Assembly: GCA_947627525.1 (NCBI GenBank)
Contig: CANQWJ010000001.1
Span: 1-50,773, forward strand
Length of the DNA: 50,773 bases
Direction of reading: 5' to 3'
From: an uncultured Bacilli bacterium
GTDB taxonomy: Bacteria > Bacillota_I > Bacilli_A > RF39 > UBA660
Part shown: in pieces, positions 36,889 through 45,862 of the stretch
Layout: each line of letters opens with the position of its first letter
Position numbering within the stretch: the first letter of the stretch is position 1
Translations under genes and position numbers: made by a program
The notes under the pieces: generated by a model
What the model was told of the DNA's origin: nothing
The model's input: only the letters and a program-made list of their open reading frames with translations
The model's database searches: none

Positions 36889-37377
36889 TTATCCTTTATT
36901 TATTAAACTTTTTTCATATATTATTCTTTGTCTTTTAAAACCTAAATGTTCATACATTGCCATAGCATTTTCATTAAACGTCCAACAATCAAGTTCTAGA
37001 CTATCACAATTATCTTTTAAAGCGATATTTTTTACTTCATCCATCATTTTTTTACCAAGTCCTTGATTTCTATATTTTTCAAGAATAACTAATTGATCAA
37101 CATATAACTTTTTAGTATGCTTGTCTTTTATTGTATAAGCTAAGTACCCTACTACTTTTTCATCAACTAATATTACAAGTGTTATAAACTTTTCAAGGTT
37201 GGCAAATAAATCATTTTTTAATTGTTTTTCATCTTTACTTTTAAAAACATCTGGTCTTCCTTTTTGATGAAACATATATCCTTCAATAAAAACATCTAAA
37301 AGTCCATTATCGATATCTTCTAATTTTACTTTTCTAATATTTATATTAATAATATCATCTTCTTTCTTTTTTATAAT
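36889..37377 (-). CDS. GNAT family N-acetyltransferase with an apparent non-canonical (ATT/ATA) start or lost start codon
   Basis: Motif A is YRNQGLGKKMMDEV. The ATG-delimited ORF (36889..37275) lacks the GNAT N-terminal strand and helices. The frame is open upstream to 37380 and encodes (V)IIKKKEDDIININIRKVKLEDIDNGLLDVFIEGY with no ATG/GTG/TTG. Confidence 0.7.
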   Translation of the reverse strand: MIKKKEDDIININIRKVKLEDIDNGLLDVFIEGYMFHQKGRPDVFKSKDEKQLKNDLFANLEKFITLVILVDEKVVGYLAYTIKDKHTKKLYVDQLVILEKYRNQGLGKKMMDEVKNIALKDNCDSLELDCWTFNENAMAMYEHLGFKRQRIIYEKSLINKG

Positions 37378-37388
37378 GACTTACTATC

Positions 37389-37949
37389 TTAATTAATTAT
37401 TTTAAATTCAAAATCATTTAGATTTTTTACTTCATCTTTTAATAATCCTGTTATATATTCATCTTCAATATTACCTGTTGCTTTGGAAACAAATCTTTGT
37501 CTTCTAACGCCTTCATCTCTATATCCAAATCTTAATTGCATTTTATGTGATCTATCATTGTTTTTAAAATAGCCATTTTCTAATCTTCTAAGTTTTAAAA
37601 TATCAAAAGCAAATTTTATTCTAGCAGCAAAAGCTTCTGTTCCATATCCATTTCCTTGATATTTTTCATTTAACCAAATACCACCACCAGCCGTACCATT
37701 AGCATAACTAATATTGCATATTTGAACACCACCAATTACTTTATCTTCACTTTTCAAAACAATCGCAAAGTTATATAAATTATTTTCAATCGTTTTATTA
37801 ATAAAGTCTTTAGCATCAGAAATAGTATAAGGATATGGAGCATTAGCTAACCATTTACTAACATTGACATTGTTTAGTCCTTCAACCAAATCATCAATAT
37901 CGTCAAGATTCCACTGTCTTAAAATCAATCGCTCTGTTTCAATTATCAT
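37389..37949 (-). CDS. GNAT family N-acetyltransferase (RimJ/RimL-like)
   Basis: IETERLILRQW N-terminus and QGNGYGTEAF motif A. 186 aa. Confidence 0.85.
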   Translation of the reverse strand: MIIETERLILRQWNLDDIDDLVEGLNNVNVSKWLANAPYPYTISDAKDFINKTIENNLYNFAIVLKSEDKVIGGVQICNISYANGTAGGGIWLNEKYQGNGYGTEAFAARIKFAFDILKLRRLENGYFKNNDRSHKMQLRFGYRDEGVRRQRFVSKATGNIEDEYITGLLKDEVKNLNDFEFKIIN

Positions 37950-37997
37950 ATAACCTCCATATTGTATAATTTCATAATACTATAATATCATAAAAAT

Positions 37998-38043
37998 TAA
38001 AAAGAAAAAATAAAACTATACCAATTTAGAACTAGTATAGTTT
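37998..38043 (-). terminator. Rho-independent terminator after the tgt-TSCPD pair
   Basis: 9-bp stem AAACTATAC / GTATAGTTT, followed on the minus strand by TTTTATTTTTTC. Confidence 0.7.
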
Positions 38044-38050
38044 TTGTTTT

Positions 38051-38308
38051 TTATTTTGTCCCTTTTAACTCTTTTAAAGCTTTTGATAATTGATCTGGAC
38101 AAGATGTTGGTCGCATTCCGCATTTAATTCCTTCTAATAGAGAAACGACTTCATCTATTTTTTTACCAACGCATAGTTTACTGACACCTAAAGTATTTCC
38201 AGGACATCCGCCAACTATTTTAATATCAGTAATTACTTCATCATCATCACATTCCACAATCATCTTGCTGGAACATACACCCATTGGTTTATATTCAACT
38301 TTTGGCAT
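38051..38308 (-). CDS. TSCPD-domain small protein
   Basis: 85 aa with GGCPGN and RPTSCPDQLSKAL motifs. Confidence 0.8.
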   Translation of the reverse strand: MPKVEYKPMGVCSSKMIVECDDDEVITDIKIVGGCPGNTLGVSKLCVGKKIDEVVSLLEGIKCGMRPTSCPDQLSKALKELKGTK

Positions 38309-38309
38309 A

Positions 38310-39976
<1,667 letters not shown>

Positions 39977-40019
39977 ATTGACACCTCCAACTAAAACTGA
40001 TTATACCATATTTATATAA

Positions 40020-40048
40020 ATAAAAAAAGAAGGAATAGTAGTCCTTCT
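40020..40048 (-). terminator. Terminator after the 315-aa gene
   Basis: AGAAGGA / TCCTTCT stem overlapping the stop codon, followed on the minus strand by TTTTTTTATTTAT. Confidence 0.6.
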
Positions 40049-40994
40049 ATGATATTTCTAATACTTTATCAAGAGCAATCTTATAAGTATTATTACCATC
40101 TTCAGAATGTGTCAATTCAAAACCTTTATCAATTGTCATTGTATATAAATTATCATTAACAAAATTAGTTAAATTAGCTGTATTAACATTTTGAAGAAGA
40201 GCAACTTCTTTTATTAAAATAACACTCATCGCAAGTCCAAAGTCACTATTACTAGCCGTGCAAGTAGTTACTAAAACATTATTTTCTAAAACATAATCAA
40301 CAACTAAATTATCTTGACTATTAGGTTGTAAATAGTTTTTAGTTACAAAAGTTATTTTATTATCAGTCGTTGTAACATCTACTTCTACTTTATTTTCATT
40401 TTCAAAAGCAGCCATATTAACAGAAGAATCAAGTTTTTCTTTAATTTGGCTTAAGGCAATAACTTTTTGTTCTTCTTCAGGAGGGGAAGTAGGTGTCTGT
40501 TCCTCTTGATTTTTCTTTTCCATATATTCATTAATATACTTTGTTATATCTTCAACATAAAATCCACAAACAACCAATAAAATTAGCATTAAAGTCATAA
40601 AGAAAGGAAACTTCTTCTTCTCATTAGAATATTCAACCCCTTCTTTCATCCCTTTTCCCGTTGCTGCTTCATTTTCTTTATTAAAAACACTATCAGCTGA
40701 AACTTCGCCTTCTTTTAAAGTATTGAAGTCATTACTATCAACAACAACACTTACTTGTTCAATTGTTGTTTCATCTTTCTTTTCTTCTACAACAGTATTA
40801 GCATCAGCATTAATCGTTGTTTCACTAACTACATTTGATTCTGATTGAACAGCAGGCTTATCACTTTTTGTAGAAAAGTCAACATTTTCACTCAAAATAT
40901 CTTTCTTAGGTTGATTATTTGCTCCTTGATTTATTGGTTCCTGATTATTATTGAAATTATTTCCATTCAAAATTGGACTATTGTTATCATTCAT
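40047..40994 (-). CDS. Hypothetical membrane-anchored protein (N/Q-rich cytoplasmic N-terminus, central TM helix, C-terminal extracellular domain)
   Basis: 315-aa ORF with TM helix FPFFMTLMLILLVVCGFYV. No family recognised. Confidence 0.65.
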   Translation of the reverse strand: MNDNNSPILNGNNFNNNQEPINQGANNQPKKDILSENVDFSTKSDKPAVQSESNVVSETTINADANTVVEEKKDETTIEQVSVVVDSNDFNTLKEGEVSADSVFNKENEAATGKGMKEGVEYSNEKKKFPFFMTLMLILLVVCGFYVEDITKYINEYMEKKNQEEQTPTSPPEEEQKVIALSQIKEKLDSSVNMAAFENENKVEVDVTTTDNKITFVTKNYLQPNSQDNLVVDYVLENNVLVTTCTASNSDFGLAMSVILIKEVALLQNVNTANLTNFVNDNLYTMTIDKGFELTHSEDGNNTYKIALDKVLEIS

Positions 40995-41043
40995 AATATC
41001 ACCCTTTATTCTATAATATATGATACCATAGATGATTATTTTT

Positions 41044-41073
41044 GAAAAGAAAAAATAGAAGTAATCTTCTATT
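41044..41073 (-). terminator. Terminator after the 187-aa gene at 41073..41636
   Basis: AATAGAAG / CTTCTATT stem, followed on the minus strand by TTTTTCTTTTC. Confidence 0.65.
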
Positions 41074-41636
41074 TAAATGACACTTACTAAATTATTAGTT
41101 TCTATATCTTTAAATGATGAATAAAAAGGTTGTGTTCCACCACTTGTAATATTACCATCAACAATTCTTCTATTCATTCTAGCACAAGCACATAAGAATT
41201 TCTTTTCAATTTCATTATAATTACTACCAATAGTCGAAAAAGGATAATCTAAACAAATTAAATCTTGACCACTGACTTTAAAATAATGATTATGGAAATC
41301 AACTCTTGAACAAATTTCCTTTATGTCTAATTGTTTAGCAACAATATGTTTACAAATACTCATATAGTTTTTTAAGTCTGTATTATTAGGACTATTTAAA
41401 TAATCTTTAGCATTCTTCTTAATATCAAATGGCAATTGCTCTTTTTTTAAATCCTGTTCAATTGCTAAACGTTCCATCATAATATAATTATTAATTTTAT
41501 TTTTTAAAATAGGATCCATTTGTAATTCTTTTTTTCGTCTTTTTAAAATTTCAATTGAATAAGTAATCGTATCATATTGAAAAGCCAAAAGATTAATACT
41601 GGATTTAGTCTTTTTGATTGTAAAAACACTATCCAT
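41073..41636 (-). CDS. Hypothetical protein (187 aa, orphan)
   Basis: ORF with SD AAGGGGGAA, its own promoter and its own terminator. Confidence 0.6.
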   Translation of the reverse strand: MDSVFTIKKTKSSINLLAFQYDTITYSIEILKRRKKELQMDPILKNKINNYIMMERLAIEQDLKKEQLPFDIKKNAKDYLNSPNNTDLKNYMSICKHIVAKQLDIKEICSRVDFHNHYFKVSGQDLICLDYPFSTIGSNYNEIEKKFLCACARMNRRIVDGNITSGGTQPFYSSFKDIETNNLVSVI

Positions 41637-41662
41637 ATCTATTCCCCCTTAAAAGTAGTCCT

Positions 41663-41691
41663 ATTATAACATATTATGATAGTTTTTTCAA
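41663..41691 (-). promoter_or_regulatory. Sigma-A promoter TTGAAA-17-TGTTATAAT
   Basis: Minus strand: TTGAAA (41686..41691), 17-nt spacer ending in TGT, then TATAAT (41663..41668). Confidence 0.6.
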
Positions 41692-41704
41692 GTTTTTCCT
41701 ATAA

Positions 41705-41732
41705 TCAAAAAGAAGATAACTATTTATCTTCT
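41705..41732 (-). terminator. Candidate terminator overlapping the 3' end of 41720..42439
   Basis: AGAAGATAA / TTATCTTCT 9-bp stem, followed on the minus strand by TTTTTG. Confidence 0.5.
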
Positions 41733-42439
41733 CTACTTTGATGGTATGAGAAAGAATCATCAGATCCTTTTTTCTTAACTTTTGGTTTGTCTTGTCCATC
41801 TTGCGCTTGGTCTTGAACACTTCCAAAAAGATCAGCAATCGTATCATCCATAAATGTTTCTAAAATTGATGCAGTAGTTCCTTTTTTACCTTTTATGGAA
41901 TCGCCAAAAATCTCTGATAACATTGAAGAGAAACTTCCTAAACTGTCTTCATCTTTATCTCCGTCTTGCGTAGAAGTATGTCTTTCTTGATCTTTCAATA
42001 AATCACCATACAACTCATCAATAGCTGTTTTTCTTGGTTGTTGATCCATCAAAGATCCCCAATAAAGGAATCTATCTGTTTTTGTTGGTAAACTAGCCAT
42101 TGCTTCCAATTCTTCATCGGTCATTTTTACTAATGCGCCATTGAATTTAGTTTTAGTACGATCCTCATCATCAAGTATTTCATTAAACTCATTTTTTAAA
42201 TTAACATAACTAACATAAGAAGCACCTAGATTAACATATGGTGTAAAATTAACCACATAATTACCTATTTTTCTTTTAGTACTATCTTGACTTTGCGGTT
42301 GTACCTCACTTATTCTTTCTTTAGCATCTGGACTTATTTTATATCCATGTTGCATTATTTCTTTAACTACTTCAACACCAGCATATACTTTGATTGCTGT
42401 TGCTCCAGCAAGGGAAGCAGCAAACTTAAAAATTCCCAT
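41720..42439 (-). CDS. Hypothetical protein (239 aa; hydrophobic/amphipathic N-terminus, acidic disordered C-terminus)
   Basis: ORF with SD TAAGGAGGT. No family recognised. Confidence 0.65.
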   Translation of the reverse strand: MGIFKFAASLAGATAIKVYAGVEVVKEIMQHGYKISPDAKERISEVQPQSQDSTKRKIGNYVVNFTPYVNLGASYVSYVNLKNEFNEILDDEDRTKTKFNGALVKMTDEELEAMASLPTKTDRFLYWGSLMDQQPRKTAIDELYGDLLKDQERHTSTQDGDKDEDSLGSFSSMLSEIFGDSIKGKKGTTASILETFMDDTIADLFGSVQDQAQDGQDKPKVKKKGSDDSFSYHQSREDK

Positions 42440-42493
42440 AAAAACCTCCTTAACCTTAAAATGTACCTAATATATTAACATATAAATCTCTTT

Positions 42494-43090
42494 TTAACAA
42501 TCTTTTTTTATTAAAGTTTTATTTGGTAATGTAGTATCGACTCTTTCAAATGGTTCTTCACAAACATAAGAAATACGATATCCTTCATTACTATCTAATA
42601 TCGTTTTAAAAGACGTCGTAAGAATGATATTACGACACTTCTTACTTTCTAATAGACTTCTAGCACTAGTACGTGCTTCTTCTTCTGTTGTTGAAGCAAT
42701 ATCAAGATGTCCATTTTGCCAATCATATTTTTCTTTTACTTGTAAATTTTCTTTCGCAACACCAATTTTTTCTAAAGAAGAAGGAAATAAACTTGCTCTC
42801 ACTACTTCATTTGGCAATGTATCATATAACCATGATTTAAGATTTAATTCTTTTTCTGATCTAAAAGAATAGATTTTATTTTCTTCATCATAATAAATAC
42901 CACAATAAAATAAATAATTATTTTGCTCTTCATCACTAGAAAGATCGTAATTAGTACTTTGTAAATTATTTTTTATCTCATCAAGAAAAGCATCAACTTT
43001 AGAAGACGATAATGACATTTCTTTATTAGCAATATAATTGTAAAGAAGAGCTGTATAAATAATATGTTCACGTTCAATAATCTTTATCAT
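42494..43090 (-). CDS. Hypothetical protein (about 198 aa, orphan)
   Basis: Start taken at ATG 43088..43090 after AAAGAGGTGA. The GTG used in the ORF track lies inside that SD. Confidence 0.6.
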   Translation of the reverse strand: MIKIIEREHIIYTALLYNYIANKEMSLSSSKVDAFLDEIKNNLQSTNYDLSSDEEQNNYLFYCGIYYDEENKIYSFRSEKELNLKSWLYDTLPNEVVRASLFPSSLEKIGVAKENLQVKEKYDWQNGHLDIASTTEEEARTSARSLLESKKCRNIILTTSFKTILDSNEGYRISYVCEEPFERVDTTLPNKTLIKKDC

Positions 43091-43145
43091 ACTATTCACC
43101 TCTTTGTGTGCTTATTTTAACAAAAAAAAGACGAAAAAGCAATAA

Positions 43146-43577
43146 TTACATCTTAAATTCATCTTTCATCATTGTAAACATCTTTTCTTTTTCATCTTTA
43201 CTAAAGATATCTTTTTGAGCTTTAAATCTATTGCGAGACCATTTCCATAAGTTATAGCCAAAATGATGGTCTTTATAGTTCTTTCCCAATATTTCTCTCT
43301 TCCCTTTATAGCGCGGAATAAATTGAAAATGAACATGCGGTGTTTCATCATCACGATAAGCATTATTCATAAGACAGGCAAAATTATACATCGTTGCACC
43401 AAAAAGTTTTTTAGTTATGCGCTCTAATTCTTTTTCCATCTTTCCTAATTCAATCCAATCATCATCACTTAAGTCACTCAAACCTGGCTTTTCACAAGAA
43501 ATAATGCATTGTCCAGGAAACTCTTGACACCAATCAAGAAAAACAATTTCAAAACATTGTCCTTTATATAACTGCAT
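43146..43577 (-). CDS. HIT-superfamily protein with an HxHxQ (transferase-branch-like) triad variant
   Basis: ETPHVHFQFIPRY: His-x-His-x-Gln instead of HxHxH. Start at MQLYKGQ (ATG ends at 43577) after GGAGGAGAT. Confidence 0.7.
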   Translation of the reverse strand: MQLYKGQCFEIVFLDWCQEFPGQCIISCEKPGLSDLSDDDWIELGKMEKELERITKKLFGATMYNFACLMNNAYRDDETPHVHFQFIPRYKGKREILGKNYKDHHFGYNLWKWSRNRFKAQKDIFSKDEKEKMFTMMKDEFKM

Positions 43578-43656
43578 TTTATCTCCTCCATTATTCATTA
43601 AAAAAATAAAATTTCCTATAGATATAGACATAATTCAGTGTATACGAATAACACAA

Positions 43657-44367
43657 TTATCTACAACTTTTTCTCTCTAAAGAATAATCTACGATAGTAT
43701 CAATATGTGCTTGCGTAGTATCAAAAATAGGAATATTAATATCATTTGGCTTTATTAACATTTCTATTTCCGTACATCCTAAAATTACTCCTTCAATGTT
43801 ATTTTGCTTTATCATACTATTAATAATATCTATATAATATTGCTTTGATGTCTCTTTAATTTCTCCCTTACATAACTCATCAAATATTATTCTATCTATT
43901 TCATTTATATTTTCTTCCATTTGTGGAGTAGTAACTTTTAGTCCATTCTTTTCCAATCTATTTTTAAGAAAATCTTCTACCATTGTATATTTAGTTCCCA
44001 ATAGTCCTACATTTAAAACATTATTTTCTTTGCATTTTTCAGCCACACAATCTGCAATATGAATTAATGGAATATTTATTTGACCTTGAATATAATCAGC
44101 CAGTTTATGCATTGTATTTGTCGCAATAGCAATATAATCTGCTCCAGCCATCTCTAATGTTTTGGCTATTTTGGCAAGTTCTATGCCAATTTCATCCCAT
44201 CTATTTTCTAGCATTAATTTTCTTATTTCTTCAAAATTAACATTATAAATCAAAAGTTTTGCGCTTGTTAATCCTCCTGCAATTTGATTAACTTGATTAT
44301 TTATTCTCTCATAATAATGTATAGTAGATTCATAACTCATTCCACCAATTATGCCTATTGTTTTCAT
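43657..44367 (-). CDS. Asp/Glu racemase family protein (YgeA-like, Thr/Cys catalytic pair)
   Basis: MKTIGIIGGM. First catalytic position is IAIATNTMHK (Thr where Cys is usual). Second is ILGCTEI. SD is AAAGGAGGT. Confidence 0.82.
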   Translation of the reverse strand: MKTIGIIGGMSYESTIHYYERINNQVNQIAGGLTSAKLLIYNVNFEEIRKLMLENRWDEIGIELAKIAKTLEMAGADYIAIATNTMHKLADYIQGQINIPLIHIADCVAEKCKENNVLNVGLLGTKYTMVEDFLKNRLEKNGLKVTTPQMEENINEIDRIIFDELCKGEIKETSKQYYIDIINSMIKQNNIEGVILGCTEIEMLIKPNDINIPIFDTTQAHIDTIVDYSLERKSCR

Positions 44368-44394
44368 TAATAGAAACCTCCTTTGTTAACTAAT

Positions 44395-44403
44395 ATTATA
44401 TCA
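44395..44403 (-). promoter_or_regulatory. Extended -10 element TGATATAAT upstream of the racemase gene
   Basis: The minus strand reads TTATGATATAAT about 28 nt upstream of the ATG. Confidence 0.5.
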
Positions 44404-44517
44404 TAATTTTTAATCTTTTATTTTTCCCATCGCTAATTTGTTTAGAATTATGTTCTAAAAATGTTTCTCCAAATCCAATATTTTAAATTATGTTACACTA
44501 CCAGAATAATTTTTATA

Positions 44518-44667
44518 GGGACATTTGATGTGAGTGTCGTCCTTCAATCTTGATAAAGAAGGAGAGATACAATAAAAAATGACACTCAATCAGCATTAAT
44601 CGAGTGTCGAAACTAAATTTTTAGAGGAGACATTCACTTACTCTTAAATGTTCCTCTTTTTTATTTT
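44518..44667 (+). other. Structured noncoding element: candidate small RNA or orphan attenuator with competing helices and an intrinsic terminator
   Basis: Plus strand. TGAGTGTC (44531..44538) and GAGTGTC (44602..44608) both complement GACACTCA (44581..44588). There is an internal hairpin CCTTC/GAAGG (44541..44562). Terminator is AGAGGAGACATT (44623..44634) with AATGTTCCTCT (44647..44657) plus TTTTTTATTTT. GGGACATTT (44518..44526) can alternatively pair with AAATGTTCC. No downstream plus-strand gene exists. Confidence 0.35.
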
Positions 44668-44694
44668 ATGCAAGTTTCCTTGGCATATTCATAG

Positions 44695-44725
44695 TAATAT
44701 AAAAGAGAACTTTTGCAAGTTCTCT
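44695..44725 (-). terminator. Rho-independent terminator of tRNA-Met
   Basis: AGAGAACTT / AAGTTCTCT 9-bp stem, followed on the minus strand by TTTTATATT. It is preceded by a second hairpin, GTTCGAA-AAAG-TTCGAAC, at 44733..44750. Confidence 0.7.
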
Positions 44726-44762
44726 ATATCAAAGTTCGAAAAAGTTCGAACAAATTCATCAA

Positions 44763-44839
44763 TGGTAGCGACGGAGGGGATCGAACCCACGACCTCCTGG
44801 GTATGAACCAGGCGCTCTAGCCAGCTGAGCTACATCGCC
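44763..44839 (-). tRNA. tRNA-Met (anticodon CAU; elongator-like, lysidine-modified Ile2 not excluded), CCA encoded
   Basis: Manual fold, 77 nt: GGCGATG-TA-GCTC-AGCTGGCTA-GAGC-G-CCTGG-TTCATAC-CCAGG-AGGTC-GTGGG-TTCGATC-CCCTC-CGTCGCT-A-CCA. It lacks the three consecutive G-C pairs in the anticodon stem that mark an initiator. Confidence 0.88.
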
Positions 44840-44858
44840 ATATATGACAAGCAATATA

Positions 44859-44887
44859 ATATTATCATATTAAAATTTTTTTGACAA
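44859..44887 (-). promoter_or_regulatory. Candidate tRNA-Met promoter TTGTCA-17-TGATAATAT
   Basis: Minus strand: TTGTCA (44882..44887), then 17 nt to TAATAT (44859..44864), with a TG at the extended -10 position. Confidence 0.5.
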
Positions 44888-44938
44888 TAGTCTTTCTTAA
44901 TTTTTTTCCAATATTATTATGCTCGTCTTTTTCAATAA

Positions 44939-45790
44939 TTATTTATTTTCAAAAGAAATTATTTCATCATATATATCACAAATATTATTAATCTTATTAG
45001 TATCACTATATACCTCTTCTAAAACACTTCTAATATCATTTTTCTTCTTATTACTCTTTTTAGCAATAATTTTTTCAATATCATTAATTCTTATTTTAAT
45101 ACTTTCTTCATCATCTATTTCCTGATTAGATTCTACTTGCATAATACCATAATGATAAGTATTTTCAAAGATTTTACTCTTAATAATAGTCATCTTACGA
45201 CTAATTAAAGGATGCGTATAATTCTCATATATCATCATTGCATATATCAATTTATTTACTAAGTCTTTTTTACTCTTTATCACTTTAAAATATCTATTTT
45301 TTAGTTTAGCATACATAACTATGACATATTCTCTTTTACGTTCAATAAAACTGACATTATTATTAGAAGATGTTATTTTTAAATGTTCTTTTAATAAACA
45401 ATAAATAAAGATAATTATCAAGAACCATAAAATACTCCTAAACTCACTTGGAAGTGGTAAAATACTATCTACTTTAGATATGTAGTAATTATAAATAAAG
45501 ATCGATAAAATAACACTAATAAATGAATTTATTAAATATTCTTTTTTATTAATTAATAGATTATTACCAGTAACGTTATTTATATAAAATTCATGCATCA
45601 CTACTTGAAAAATAACAATTAAGTAAATATTATCCTTAATTTCCATACATAAGCCTGATACAATTACAACATATATAACTGGTATTAATATTTTTTGAAT
45701 ATTAGAAATCTTTTTATTATTAAAATACTCCATTATTCCAAGAAGTGGTAAAGATAATAATAATTGAATAAAAATAACTGATAATTTCAC
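44939..45790 (-). CDS. Polytopic membrane protein with a C-terminal soluble domain (unknown; weak lytic-transglycosylase-like GIMQV motif)
   Basis: 283 aa. GTG start after AAGGGGGAA. About 5 TM helices, then MIYENYTHPL..(about 25 aa)..YHYGIMQVESN. Confidence 0.6.
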   Translation of the reverse strand: MKLSVIFIQLLLSLPLLGIMEYFNNKKISNIQKILIPVIYVVIVSGLCMEIKDNIYLIVIFQVVMHEFYINNVTGNNLLINKKEYLINSFISVILSIFIYNYYISKVDSILPLPSEFRSILWFLIIIFIYCLLKEHLKITSSNNNVSFIERKREYVIVMYAKLKNRYFKVIKSKKDLVNKLIYAMMIYENYTHPLISRKMTIIKSKIFENTYHYGIMQVESNQEIDDEESIKIRINDIEKIIAKKSNKKKNDIRSVLEEVYSDTNKINNICDIYDEIISFENK

Positions 45791-45862
45791 TTATATTCCC
45801 CCTTAAAATTACCAACTATATTACTATGAAGAAAAAGAAAAGTCAATTACAGACTTTTCTAA

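Noticed and set aside
44461-44599. Small ORFs in the structured intergenic region read as type I toxin or leader peptides. These are a plus-strand 30-aa ORF at 44461..44553, a minus-strand 27-aa ORF at 44515..44598, and a 6-codon mini-ORF at 44579..44599.
   Set aside because: The 30- and 27-aa ORFs have no SD, and their hydrophobic stretches are too short for a TM helix. The mini-ORF has an SD, but at a long 12-nt spacing. None is strong enough to annotate as a CDS.
44919-45125. Plus-strand 68-aa hydrophobic ORF downstream of the TTGACA at 44881.
   Set aside because: It is antisense to the 3' end of the 283-aa membrane-protein gene. It has no SD, no suitably spaced -10 element, and a low-complexity Leu/Ser/Ile translation.
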